Shown in pieces: positions 10,088-19,841 of a DNA stretch of 64,000 nt (position 1 is the first letter of the stretch; the number at the start of each line of letters is the position of its first letter). Made by a program: the position numbers and the translations under genes. The notes under the pieces are model-generated. The model was not told where the DNA came from and ran no database searches. It worked only from the letters and a program-made list of their open reading frames with translations. Source of the DNA: an uncultured Bacilli bacterium (GTDB lineage: Bacteria; Bacillota_I; Bacilli_A; RF39; UBA660). The stretch spans positions 434 to 64,433 of the forward strand of contig CATBQD010000010.1 of the NCBI GenBank assembly GCA_949505625.1. Direction: 5' to 3'.

Positions 10088-11026
10088 ATGAAAGTATTAT
10101 TATTTACTCATAGTCAAGATATAGATGGAATGGGATGTGCAGTATTAGGACATTATGCCTTTTCAGAAATTACAGTTGTTCCAACAAAAACATTTGAAAT
10201 TACTTCAAATGTAAAAGCATATATTGATGATAATTGTATTGCAGATTATGACCGAGTATTCGTAACTGATTTATGTATTAAAGAACCTGTGTTAAAAGAA
10301 ATCGATGAAAATGAAATATTAAAATCTAAAATTATTGTATTAGACCATCATAAAACAGAAATAGAAGAAGGAAATGACAAATATGAATTTGTTCATATAA
10401 CGGTAGAAAAAGATGGTAAAAAAGAAAGTGGAACTAGTTTATTTTATAAATACTTATTAGAAAATAATTATTTAGAAGCAACTACTATTTTAGATGAGTT
10501 GGTAGAATGGACAAGAGAGTATGATGTTTGGGATTGGAAACGTGAAAATAACGAAAAAGCCAGATATTTACACATCTTATTTGAACTTTTAGGATATGAA
10601 AAATATGTAGAAATTATGAGTAGAAAAGTGAGAACAAAAAAACATCTTACTTTTGAAGAAGATGAAATGAACTTGATTAATGATTTCTTAAAGAAAGTAG
10701 AAGAAGATATTCAGAGTTGTTTAAAAGACATGAGAGTAATATCTTTATATATTCAAAATGAAGAATACAAAGTTGGTTATTTAAAATGCCCTTATAAATA
10801 TCGTAATGATGTAAATGAAATTGCTATAAAAAATGGTTATGATATTGATATGGTTGGAATGATTGTGGCAGAAGTTGGTTCAGTATCTTATAGACAAGTA
10901 AAAAATGTTGATGTATCAATTGTAGCAACTTATTTTGGAGGAAAAGGACACTTTAGTGCTGCATCTAATCCACTTACAAATGAAAAGTTTTTAAAGATGC
11001 TAGAAGAAAATGAAATGGAAAAATAG
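10088..11026 (+). CDS. DHH/DHHA1 family phosphoesterase (NrnA-like)
   Basis: N-terminal DHH region (HSQDIDGMGCA ... VLDHH) and C-terminal DHHA1 GGKGH-type motif (GGKGHFSAAS). Start taken at MKVLLF. Confidence 0.7.
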   Translation: MKVLLFTHSQDIDGMGCAVLGHYAFSEITVVPTKTFEITSNVKAYIDDNCIADYDRVFVTDLCIKEPVLKEIDENEILKSKIIVLDHHKTEIEEGNDKYEFVHITVEKDGKKESGTSLFYKYLLENNYLEATTILDELVEWTREYDVWDWKRENNEKARYLHILFELLGYEKYVEIMSRKVRTKKHLTFEEDEMNLINDFLKKVEEDIQSCLKDMRVISLYIQNEEYKVGYLKCPYKYRNDVNEIAIKNGYDIDMVGMIVAEVGSVSYRQVKNVDVSIVATYFGGKGHFSAASNPLTNEKFLKMLEENEMEK

Positions 11027-11266
11027 AAGGAATATGTATTAAAACAAAATTTCCAGAAGAAGATTTAAGTGATTTTGAAAAAGCCTATGAATGGATATTA
11101 GAAAAAGATAGTAAAGATGGGTATCTCACTTTTTATCTTGATAAGGAAAAACAAGATAAATTAAAAAAATTACACAAGCAAGTAAGCGATAAAGAATTTA
11201 TTAAACAAGAATATTATAAAGTCTATTATAGTTGTAAATAAATCAATAAGAAAGAAGGAGAGTCAG

Positions 11267-11779
11267 ATGAAATATGAATTAAAAGAATTAAACTTAGAGA
11301 TGGGAAAAATGGAATATGAAATGTATCAAGATATCCCAGCAAAAGAATCAGGCTCAACTAATCTATGTAAAAACTTACCTTATGAAGTTTTCCATAATTA
11401 TTTAGAAAGTCAAATGGCTAGAAAATATCAATGTGTCAGTGAATATGATACTCCAACTATAATATATATTTTTTATGTCAATGCCCTTCCTGTTGGATAT
11501 GTTGGATTACGTACAGCAATAGATGACAATTGGAGGAAATGGTCTGGGAATATCTTTTATGTAATAAGGCAGAGTGAAAGAAAAAAAGGATATGCTTCTA
11601 AAATGGTAGAAATGGCTTTAAAAGAATTAAAAAAATTGAAAATAGAAACTGTCTTTTGTCAATCTTCTTCTGGAAATATTGCTTCTGCAAAAGTAATTGA
11701 AAAGAATGGCGGAATTTTATTAGAAGAAATAGATGGAACAAGATACTATCAATTTAATGGAAGGAAGAATCATGAATAA
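11267..11779 (+). CDS. GNAT family N-acetyltransferase
   Basis: Acetyl-CoA binding-like segment (RQSERKKGYASKMVEMALKELKKL). Confidence 0.6.
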   Translation: MKYELKELNLEMGKMEYEMYQDIPAKESGSTNLCKNLPYEVFHNYLESQMARKYQCVSEYDTPTIIYIFYVNALPVGYVGLRTAIDDNWRKWSGNIFYVIRQSERKKGYASKMVEMALKELKKLKIETVFCQSSSGNIASAKVIEKNGGILLEEIDGTRYYQFNGRKNHE

Positions 11780-12299
11780 GATTGTATTGATTTCTGGAAG
11801 CAATAGAAAAGGAAATATAGAATATATTTTATCAGCAATAAAAGAACAAATATTAGAAAGTGAATTAATCTTATTGAGGAATAAAAAGATAGATTTTTGT
11901 AAAGGCTGTTTAAGATGTCATCAAGTACCAAGCTGTATTTTACAAGATGATATGAGTATGATTATAGAAAAAATAAAAGAAGCAAAACTAGTAGTATTTG
12001 GTATTCCAAACTATTTTGATAATGTATCTGGGCTATTTAAAAATTTTATAGATAGATTGCATCCATTATATAAAAGTGAAGAACTCAAAAATAAAAAAGT
12101 AATTTTTATTTTTGTAGGTGGAGGAAAAGAAGAAGGAACTATGAATTCTTTAAAAGAAAGTGTTCAGGGATTTATAAAATATTTACAATTAGAAGTAGAG
12201 AAAGAGTTTTCTTTTAAAGCACTTAATAGTAATGATATGAAACAAAAGAAAAAAGAAATAGAAGAAATTATAGAGTATATAAAAACTCAGGTTATATAA
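11772..12299 (+). CDS. Flavodoxin-like fold NADPH-dependent FMN reductase / iron-sulfur flavoprotein-like protein
   Basis: N-terminal KIVLISGSNRKGN and a CKGCLRCHQVPSC cysteine cluster typical of Isf-type flavoproteins. RBS GGAAGG precedes ATG 11772. Confidence 0.6.
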   Translation: MNKIVLISGSNRKGNIEYILSAIKEQILESELILLRNKKIDFCKGCLRCHQVPSCILQDDMSMIIEKIKEAKLVVFGIPNYFDNVSGLFKNFIDRLHPLYKSEELKNKKVIFIFVGGGKEEGTMNSLKESVQGFIKYLQLEVEKEFSFKALNSNDMKQKKKEIEEIIEYIKTQVI

Positions 12300-12332
12300 G
12301 CTGAACGAAACAATAATGAAAAAGAGGAGAAG

Positions 12333-13127
12333 TTGAATATGGAATTATCAAGGTCAACAAATAAGTTAGAAATACAACTTCAAAAAGAAAGAGAAGAAAC
12401 TACAAAAAAAGTGATTGATAAAATTCAAGAGTGTTTGGGAGTAAACTTATATGAAGCAGCGAAATCAGAAGACCCTATCATAACATTTAATAATCATTGT
12501 TTATTTTTATTAGATAAGTTTGAGGATGTATTATATTATTCTTTAGAAACATCAAATATAGATATTAAAACGTTTCAAAGAGAGGCATTGGTTTCTTTTA
12601 TACTAGGGGTTACTAGAAATAAGAGCAATGTCGAATTTTTAAAAGAACTCTTCATGAAACGTGGAATCATTCAAGATTATAAAGAAGAAAATGGAACTGT
12701 TATAATGTCTACGGTGTTGGGAACGATTACGTTTAAAAAAGCTTCTGAAGTGATTGATGAAAAAACAGAAGATTTTGTAAAAAATAATACTGATATTATG
12801 AGCGCTTGCCATGAAAGTGCATTATTCTTACTTAAAAGAAATCCGAATTATTTTGCAGTTACATCCTTTGCTAGAAAAAACCTAAATGGAAGGTATCTGC
12901 ACTCTTTTATTTTAGATGGAGATTATGTGCTTGATTTAACAGGAAACTTATATATGAATAAGGATGATTATTATAGATTATATGGAATAGAAGAAATTAG
13001 AAATGTAAATTATGAAGGCTTTTTAAAAGATAATGAGAAATGTAAAGATTTAGATGAGAGTGGAACTATGTTTCCAGTATTAAGAAATGCAATGTATTTT
13101 TATTATTCAGAAAAATATACAAAGTAG
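12333..13127 (+). CDS. hypothetical protein
   Basis: 264-aa ORF. No motif recognised. Confidence 0.45.
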   Translation: MNMELSRSTNKLEIQLQKEREETTKKVIDKIQECLGVNLYEAAKSEDPIITFNNHCLFLLDKFEDVLYYSLETSNIDIKTFQREALVSFILGVTRNKSNVEFLKELFMKRGIIQDYKEENGTVIMSTVLGTITFKKASEVIDEKTEDFVKNNTDIMSACHESALFLLKRNPNYFAVTSFARKNLNGRYLHSFILDGDYVLDLTGNLYMNKDDYYRLYGIEEIRNVNYEGFLKDNEKCKDLDESGTMFPVLRNAMYFYYSEKYTK

Positions 13128-13134
13128 GTGAATT

Positions 13135-13482
13135 ATGACAATTAAAGAAGTAAGTGAGCGTTATCAAGTATCAGAAGCAACACTGAGATATTATGAAAAA
13201 GAAGGAATTATTATTGGAGTAAAAAGGAAAAATGGAATTCGTGATTATACAGAAGAAAATTTTCCTAATATTGAATTTGTTCTTTGTATGAGAAATGCAG
13301 GAATGAGTATGGAAAGATTAAAAAAATATATAAAGTTATTAAATGTTCCAAATAGTGAAAATTTAAGAAAAGATATTTTAAAACATCAACGTGATGAAAT
13401 AAAAGAACAAGTAGAAGAATTAACAAAAGCATTAAAAAAATTAGATTACAAAATAGAAAAATATGAAAAGATAATTTCATAA
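13135..13482 (+). CDS. MerR family transcriptional regulator
   Basis: N-terminal HTH (MTIKEVSERYQVSEATLRYYEKEGII) followed by a C-terminal coiled coil. Confidence 0.75.
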   Translation: MTIKEVSERYQVSEATLRYYEKEGIIIGVKRKNGIRDYTEENFPNIEFVLCMRNAGMSMERLKKYIKLLNVPNSENLRKDILKHQRDEIKEQVEELTKALKKLDYKIEKYEKIIS

Positions 13483-13496
13483 AAGGGAGAATATAT

Positions 13497-14219
13497 ATGC
13501 TAGAAATTGTTATTAGTGAAAGTGAAAAAATATTACTAGAAGGAGCAGGATTTCAAAATGTGATTTCTTTTTGTCTTTTATTAAGTTATGGAAATATGAA
13601 AGATTTAGAGAATCAAAGGGATAGAACAATAGGAAATTTAACCATTCCAGTAAAAAGTCAGTTGACTCAGCTAGAACAAAAAAAAGAAAAACAAATTCGT
13701 ATTTGGTATTCTTCAGTAGATAATGAAGATGTATGTACTTTATATTTTTTAATTTCTTATTTTCATGGAAAAGATATTGAAATTTTTACCTGTGATGTAG
13801 CAGATAAAAATCATTTTTCCTTAGGAAGTTATAGTGAAAATGAAATTGAAAAATTATTAGATAGAACAATCCATTTAAAAGAATCAGTAAAACAAGAGTA
13901 TCATAATGTATGGAATCAACTAATGCTAGAAGATGCTGATTTAAGAGTTTTAGAAAGGGGTATATTAAAATCAGTTTCATTTGAATATTTAGATAAACAA
14001 ATGTTAAATATTTTAAAACAATATGAAAGCATACGATATTGGGCCTTTATAGGAGAATGTATGAGAGAAAGACTTTGCGGTTTTTTTGCAGATATTATTT
14101 TTACAACCAGAGTAGACGAATTCATAAAACAAGGTATTGTTGAAATATGTGCGGTGAAGAAAGAACAAAACGGAATCGGTGAATGGAAAGACCAAAAATA
14201 TATTAGAATAAAGGAGTAG
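13497..14219 (+). CDS. hypothetical protein (DUF1835-like?)
   Basis: 240-aa ORF. The domain assignment is a guess from memory. Confidence 0.4.
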   Translation: MLEIVISESEKILLEGAGFQNVISFCLLLSYGNMKDLENQRDRTIGNLTIPVKSQLTQLEQKKEKQIRIWYSSVDNEDVCTLYFLISYFHGKDIEIFTCDVADKNHFSLGSYSENEIEKLLDRTIHLKESVKQEYHNVWNQLMLEDADLRVLERGILKSVSFEYLDKQMLNILKQYESIRYWAFIGECMRERLCGFFADIIFTTRVDEFIKQGIVEICAVKKEQNGIGEWKDQKYIRIKE

Positions 14220-14224
14220 CAAAA

Positions 14225-14953
14225 ATGAAAGAAAAACTTTCAAAGAATAAAATTTTAATAGGAACCGTAGCAGTTTTATTGATAGGTGTATTTTTAAGTG
14301 CTAGATATATTTCTATGGGAACTAGTGAACAGTTCTTACCAGTCTCTTCTGCCACTCTGACTATTCCTAAATTTTCAATTTATGTAAAAGAATGTTGTAT
14401 GACTTCAGTAACATTTAAATCTTTTCAAAACTTAAAATTATTACAAAAAGAATTGGATAAAATTATGAATGATTATGAGAAAATTAATTGTGGCGAAAAT
14501 ACTTATTATTATGATAAAGAACATGATTTAACTATCACAGAATATGGAATAAAAAAAGGGGTCATTTTAAATGAATTTTATATTACTTTTGATAAAGGAA
14601 AGACAAAATGTGAAAACAAAACAGAAATGGAGGAAGTAGCTCGTTTTACCAAAGAGGAAAAAGAACATGCGATTTATACCAATTGTCCAACTTGTTTTAG
14701 CAAGTGGAATGGTAATTTTACAACAATTGAGGATTACATAAAAGAATATGAAAATTTAGATGAAATAATCAACAAATTAGAACAAGAAGTAGAAGAGAAA
14801 AAGGTAACAAAGGAAATTTATAAAGATGGAGGAACCATTCTTTATAAAGGGAGAAGAACGTTTAGTCTTTTAAAGTGTCATACGTTAGATGGAAATGAAG
14901 ATATTTATATTGGAGATTCTAGTTTAAATTATGAAGAAAACTATTGTAAGTAG
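14225..14953 (+). CDS. membrane-anchored hypothetical protein
   Basis: N-terminal TM/signal anchor (ILIGTVAVLLIGVFLSA) followed by a Cys-containing extracytoplasmic domain. Confidence 0.45.
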   Translation: MKEKLSKNKILIGTVAVLLIGVFLSARYISMGTSEQFLPVSSATLTIPKFSIYVKECCMTSVTFKSFQNLKLLQKELDKIMNDYEKINCGENTYYYDKEHDLTITEYGIKKGVILNEFYITFDKGKTKCENKTEMEEVARFTKEEKEHAIYTNCPTCFSKWNGNFTTIEDYIKEYENLDEIINKLEQEVEEKKVTKEIYKDGGTILYKGRRTFSLLKCHTLDGNEDIYIGDSSLNYEENYCK

Positions 14954-14962
14954 GAGGAATAT

Positions 14963-15214
14963 ATGTTTAAGGTAGAAGAAAATAAAATTGTATATGAAGA
15001 AAATAATGAAGTATTAGGATTTATAGAATTTGTTTACTTAAACTCAAATACAATTGATATTATTCATACTTTTGTAAATCCAAATCATAGAGGAAAAGGA
15101 ATTGCTAAAAAATTAGTAGGATATGCATTAGATTATTTTGAAAAGAAAGGAATCAATGTAAAATATAGCTGTAGTTATGTAGGTCATTATAAGGAGGAAC
15201 AAAATGAAAATTGA
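14963..15214 (+). CDS. small GNAT-like N-acetyltransferase (YjdJ-type)
   Basis: 83 aa, with the HRGKGIAKKLVGYALDYFEKKG motif. Confidence 0.5.
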   Translation: MFKVEENKIVYEENNEVLGFIEFVYLNSNTIDIIHTFVNPNHRGKGIAKKLVGYALDYFEKKGINVKYSCSYVGHYKEEQNEN

Positions 15215-15932
15215 TTTTATAGGAACAGGAATGATGGGATCTCTTAAAAGAGGAAATAGTAGTATTTTAATCAATGATGAAATCTTATTTGATATTGGTT
15301 CAGGTGTTCTTTTAAAATTAAAAGAAATGGAAAAAGATATTTCAAAAATTAAATACATTATCATTACTCACTTTCATGCAGACCATTTTTTGGATATTGC
15401 TTGCTTCCTCTTAATGCGTTATATCAGAAAAGAACAGAAAGAACTTACTTTAATAGGTCCAAAAGGATTAAGACAGAAGATTATTGATTTAATGTATTTT
15501 ACACATGGAGATAATGAACCAAATAAATATGAAAAAATAGAAGAAAAATATAATCTTGTATTTAAAGAAGTAGAAGAAGAAAGTGTGAAGTTTGATGATT
15601 TTGAAATCCAAGCACTATCATTAATTCACAGTACTTGTACACCTTGTAATGGGTATATCTTAAATATAGATGGAAAAACAATTGGATATACAGGAGATAC
15701 AACGGAATGTGAAAGTTTAGAGAAACTAATAAAAGAAAGTAGACACATTTTTATTGATACAACAGTCATGAATACAACAAAATCTCATATTGGACTTTCT
15801 AGAATTTTAGAATATGCAAAAGAGTATTCAGATAAGACCTTTTATTTGATTCATAGAAGTGATGCGATAAAGAAAATAGAACAAGAAAATGTGATATTTC
15901 CAGAAGATGGAGATGCTGTCAAAATAAATTGA
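15204..15932 (+). CDS. MBL-fold metallo-hydrolase
   Basis: HxHxDH motif (ITHFHADHF). Confidence 0.7.
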   Translation: MKIDFIGTGMMGSLKRGNSSILINDEILFDIGSGVLLKLKEMEKDISKIKYIIITHFHADHFLDIACFLLMRYIRKEQKELTLIGPKGLRQKIIDLMYFTHGDNEPNKYEKIEEKYNLVFKEVEEESVKFDDFEIQALSLIHSTCTPCNGYILNIDGKTIGYTGDTTECESLEKLIKESRHIFIDTTVMNTTKSHIGLSRILEYAKEYSDKTFYLIHRSDAIKKIEQENVIFPEDGDAVKIN

Positions 15933-15990
15933 TAAAATATTCTTGACTTAAAGTAGACTTTAATTGGTACAATAAATATGGAGGGATAAA

Positions 15991-16863
15991 ATGGAAAAAG
16001 TATTATTTACAAAAAATCTTACACCAGATAGCTTGGTAAAAATTTATGATGCTTTAGGTGTAACATTAAAGGGGAAAGTCGCTGTAAAATTACATTCAGG
16101 AGAAGAAGGAAATCAAAATTATCTAAAACCAGAATTTGTAAAAAGTTTAGTTGAACATGTAAACGGAACAGTCGTAGAATGCAATACTGCTTATGATGGT
16201 GCCAGAGATACAACTGAAAAACATGTAAAATTAATGGAAAAACATGGATGGAGTAAGTACTTTAATATAGATATATTAGATGCAGAAGCAGAAGAAGTAT
16301 TAGAAAATAAGAATGGAGCTGTGATTAAGAAGAATATCATAGGGGCCAATATGAAAAATTATGATTCTATGTTGGTATTATCTCATTTTAAAGGTCATCC
16401 TACGGGAGGATATGGTGGAGCACTAAAACAACTTTCAATTGGTCTTGCTTCATCAGAAGGAAAACGTTATATTCATACTGGTGGTAAAGAACATGCTAGT
16501 TATGAAGATATGTTCGAAGTGGACCATAATTTATTCTTAAAATCAATGGCTGATTCTGCCAAAACAATTACAGATTTTTATAAAGATAACATTGTCTATA
16601 TTAATGTTATGTGTAACATGTCAGTAGATTGTGATTGTTGTGGTGTGGCAGAAGAGCCTTGTATGAAAGATATTGGTATTTTGGCCTCTACTAATCCAGT
16701 AGCAATTGACCAAGCTTGCATCGATTTGATTTATCATTCAGATGATCCAGGTAAAGACCATATGATAGAGAGAATTGAATCAAGAAATGGATTACTTACA
16801 ATCGAAGCAGCGATAGAGCAAGGAATTGGTTCTAAAGAATATGAACTAGTAAATATTGATTAA
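15991..16863 (+). CDS. DUF362 domain protein
   Basis: Sequence pattern typical of the DUF362 family. Cys cluster CNMSVDCDCCG. Confidence 0.55.
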   Translation: MEKVLFTKNLTPDSLVKIYDALGVTLKGKVAVKLHSGEEGNQNYLKPEFVKSLVEHVNGTVVECNTAYDGARDTTEKHVKLMEKHGWSKYFNIDILDAEAEEVLENKNGAVIKKNIIGANMKNYDSMLVLSHFKGHPTGGYGGALKQLSIGLASSEGKRYIHTGGKEHASYEDMFEVDHNLFLKSMADSAKTITDFYKDNIVYINVMCNMSVDCDCCGVAEEPCMKDIGILASTNPVAIDQACIDLIYHSDDPGKDHMIERIESRNGLLTIEAAIEQGIGSKEYELVNID

Positions 16864-16898
16864 GATGAATTTTTCATCTTTTTCTTTTGAAAAAATAC

Positions 16899-16927
16899 TT
16901 GAAATTAAAAAATTTGTGTGCTAAAAT
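16899..16927 (+). promoter_or_regulatory. Sigma-A promoter: TTGAAA, 17 nt spacer, TAAAAT with extended -10 (TGcTAAAAT)
   Basis: Coordinates 16899-16904 and 16922-16927. Lies upstream of the MATE fusion gene, leaving a ~100 nt leader. Confidence 0.5.
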
Positions 16928-17036
16928 GTGAAAGCATTGGTAAAATGAATTGGAAACGTACATTACGGGTTGTAATGAATAACGAACAACACTTGCAAAT
17001 CTTGTGTTTTTTTATTGTATTAGAGGAGGTATTGAT

Positions 17037-19019
17037 ATGAAAAAACTAGATTTAGGAACTGAAAATATTGGAAAACTATTAAAAGCTTTTTCAATACCAT
17101 GTATTATATCATTAGTTGTAAATGCACTTTATAATATCGTGGACCAAATTTTTATAGGGTGGGGAGTTGGATATCAAGGAAATGGAGCAACCAATGTTGT
17201 ATTTCCTATTACTGTAATTTGCCTTGCGTTTGCCCTAATGTTTGGAGATGGAACTTCAGCTTTTCTAAGTTTAAAACTAGGAGAAAAGAAAAAAGAAGAA
17301 GCAGAAAAAGGAGTATGGAGTGGAATATTCTCTTCTATCATGATATCAATCATCTTTTGTGCTTTCACATTACTTTTCTTACCCATTTTATTAAAGGTGT
17401 TTGGATGTACACCAGATTTAAAGCGTTATGCTTTAGATTATGGATATGTAATCGCAATTGGAATTCCATTTATGATGATAGGAACAACATTTAATTCTAT
17501 TATACGAGCAGATGGTTCTCCTAAATATGCTATGGCATCTATGGTAGTTGGAGCAATATTAAATGTTATATTAGACCCAATCGCTATTTTTGTCTTTGAT
17601 ATGGGAGTAAAAGGTGCAGCGCTTGCAACAATCATCAGTCAATTTGTAACATTTGTAATAAATATCTTATATATCAAAAAATTTAAATCCATCACTATGA
17701 ATAAAAGTACGATGTCTTATTCTATTTGTAATGCAAAGAAAGTATCATTACTTGGAATCTCATCTTTTATTACACAAATGTCTATTGTTGTCATTATTGC
17801 AGTTCAAAATAATTTATTAAAACAATATGGTGCTGATAGTAAATTTGGAAGCACGATACCAATTACAGTACTTGGAATTGTTATGAAAATCAACCAAATT
17901 TTGTCTAGTATTATTATCGGCGTGGCAGCAGGGAGTCAGCCAATTGTTGGATTTAACTATGGTGCTAGAAACTATGATAGGGTAAAGAAAACGTTGAAAA
18001 TTGTTTTGACAATCAGTCTTTGTATTTCCATTCTTGCTTTTCTTTTATTTCAAACAATACCAGAACAATTAATTGGATTATTCGGTTCAGAAGATGCATT
18101 ATATAATGAATTTGCATGTTTAACATTTAGAATATTTTTAATGCTAACAATCTTTAATGGAATCCAAATTGCATCAGGAATTTTCTTTCAAGCAATTGGG
18201 AAATCAGGGAAAGCCGCTTTACTAAGTTTATCAAGACAAATTTTAATCTTTGTTCCAGCCGCTTTTATTCTATCAAATATATTTGGTATCATGGGCGTTT
18301 TATATGCTGGGCCTGTATCAGATGGACTTGCATTCCTAATATCAGCAACACTTTTAACAATTGAGGTAAAAGGATTAAGTAAAAAACAAAAACAAGAAGA
18401 AAGAACTGTTGAACATATAGAAAATAAAACGAAAAAAGGACCAATCATTACAATTAATCGGGAATATGGTTCAGGAGGAAGATATGTTGGAGAATTACTA
18501 GCACAACGACTAAATATTCATTTCTATGATAAAAATTTGATTACTATGGTATCGGATGAAAGTGGATTATCAGCTTCTTATATAGAAGAAAAAGAACAAC
18601 AAAAAGGAAGCCTACTATCAGAATTTAATATTGGATATTATCAGAATCTAAATAATGATGATACTTTATTCTTAGCCGAAACAAAAGCGATTAAAGAGAT
18701 TGCGAAAAAGGGTTCTTGTGTCATTATTGGTAGATGTGCTGATTATGTTTTAAAAGATGAAAAACAAGTATTCAGAGTTTTCTTATATAGTGATTCAAAA
18801 AGTAAGCAAAACAGAGCAATTCAATATTATGGATTAACAGAAAAAACAGCGAAAAAAGAAATTGAAAAAATCAATAAAGCAAGAGAACGGCATTATGAAT
18901 ATTATACCAATATGAAATGGAAAGATGCTTCTCATTATGAATTATGCTTGAATGTGGATTTATTAGGCGTAGAAAAAACAGCAGAATTGATAGAACAAAT
19001 TGTAAAAGAAAAAATGTAA
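17037..19019 (+). CDS. MATE family efflux transporter fused to a C-terminal cytidylate-kinase-like (P-loop NMP kinase-like) domain
   Basis: N-terminal ~450 aa with 12 TM helices and MATE-like sequence. C-terminal ~200 aa has the PIITINREYGSGGRYVGELLAQRLNIHFYDKNLI pattern of cytidylate-kinase-like family proteins. It is one continuous ORF. Confidence 0.75.
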   Translation: MKKLDLGTENIGKLLKAFSIPCIISLVVNALYNIVDQIFIGWGVGYQGNGATNVVFPITVICLAFALMFGDGTSAFLSLKLGEKKKEEAEKGVWSGIFSSIMISIIFCAFTLLFLPILLKVFGCTPDLKRYALDYGYVIAIGIPFMMIGTTFNSIIRADGSPKYAMASMVVGAILNVILDPIAIFVFDMGVKGAALATIISQFVTFVINILYIKKFKSITMNKSTMSYSICNAKKVSLLGISSFITQMSIVVIIAVQNNLLKQYGADSKFGSTIPITVLGIVMKINQILSSIIIGVAAGSQPIVGFNYGARNYDRVKKTLKIVLTISLCISILAFLLFQTIPEQLIGLFGSEDALYNEFACLTFRIFLMLTIFNGIQIASGIFFQAIGKSGKAALLSLSRQILIFVPAAFILSNIFGIMGVLYAGPVSDGLAFLISATLLTIEVKGLSKKQKQEERTVEHIENKTKKGPIITINREYGSGGRYVGELLAQRLNIHFYDKNLITMVSDESGLSASYIEEKEQQKGSLLSEFNIGYYQNLNNDDTLFLAETKAIKEIAKKGSCVIIGRCADYVLKDEKQVFRVFLYSDSKSKQNRAIQYYGLTEKTAKKEIEKINKARERHYEYYTNMKWKDASHYELCLNVDLLGVEKTAELIEQIVKEKM

Positions 19020-19193
19020 TTGTTTTTTCTTTTTTACTTGGATTTTTTTGTTCAATAATAGAAAACGAGTTCCTTCCACATATAGTTAGCAAAACCTTTC
19101 TAATAATTTTTAACAAAGCGCAGTAGTTAATTATAGAATTCAATATATGAGATGAAATATTATATTTATTAGACTGAAATAAGTCGAAAAATG

Positions 19194-19221
19194 TTGAAAT
19201 GTGAAATATTTGTGATATAAT
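19194..19221 (+). promoter_or_regulatory. Strong sigma-A promoter: TTGAAA, 16 nt spacer, TGaTATAAT (extended -10)
   Basis: Coordinates 19194-19199 and 19216-19221. Lies upstream of the small secreted protein gene. Confidence 0.5.
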
Positions 19222-19318
19222 TTAATTAAATAGAGTGAATGTTGTTGTATTCTTTCTGTGTAAATATTATTTACAAAAAGTCTAGTTCATCTATCCAAAA
19301 GTGAATGGAGGTGAAAAA

Positions 19319-19762
19319 ATGAAAAAGAGTCAAAGAAACAAAGCATTATTCATTGGTCTTATTGCATTGTTAGGAAGTGTTACAATGGGAACTGCATTTG
19401 CAGGAAAAGCAGCATTCAACCTTGAAATCCCTAAAACGCAAGGATGGGCTTATACTGATAATCAGAATGGAAATGGAACTGTTACAGATGGAAATGCCAC
19501 TGCCGCCTCAGTAGAAGTCGGGTCAATTTATCAAATTGATTCTGTAACATTCTATGCTGGTGCAGAAGGAAGTAATGGTAGTGTTACTTGGAATACCGCA
19601 GGTGCCTATATTTATGCATCACAAGTTAATTTAGGAACTAAAAATATAAATGTTCCTTATCTTCACACATATGGAACTGGTCAAAAAATGAGATTAAAAG
19701 CTCGTAATCATAATTGGTCATTGAATAAGGGCTGGGTTAATGGAATAGTAAATTACCATTAA
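19319..19762 (+). CDS. Small secreted Gly/Asn/Thr/Trp-rich protein; candidate Sec-dependent bacteriocin (lactococcin-972-like organisation)
   Basis: RBS GGAGGTG precedes ATG 19319. Sec signal peptide MKKSQRNKALFIGLIALLGSVTMGTAFA. Mature ~118 aa, beta-rich in composition, ending NKGWVNGIVNYH. Confidence 0.5.
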   Translation: MKKSQRNKALFIGLIALLGSVTMGTAFAGKAAFNLEIPKTQGWAYTDNQNGNGTVTDGNATAASVEVGSIYQIDSVTFYAGAEGSNGSVTWNTAGAYIYASQVNLGTKNINVPYLHTYGTGQKMRLKARNHNWSLNKGWVNGIVNYH

Positions 19763-19774
19763 TTGAAAATAATT

Positions 19775-19806
19775 AAACAAACGCCAATTTTTATTGGTGT
19801 TTGTTT
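19775..19806 (+). terminator. Stem-loop directly after the small secreted protein gene; probable partial terminator
   Basis: aaacaaacgccaat-ttttt-attggtgtttgttt. Confidence 0.5.
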
Positions 19807-19841
19807 AGTTTATAAATTACAAGAAAGTTGTAGGTGAATTA

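Noticed and set aside
11027-11244. ~70-codon open frame after the DHH gene, considered as a separate CDS
   Set aside because: It has no ATG/GTG/TTG start in frame. It is better explained as a frameshifted C-terminal remnant, as noted in the findings, and is not called as a gene.
16934-17036. Possible riboswitch or attenuator in the ~100-nt leader of the MATE fusion gene
   Set aside because: Only short, weak stems are present (cattac/gtaatg with a GGGTT loop; aacac/gtgtt before a T-run). There is no match to ACGR-loop mini-ykkC or other motifs I can recognise, so it is left as an unexplained leader.
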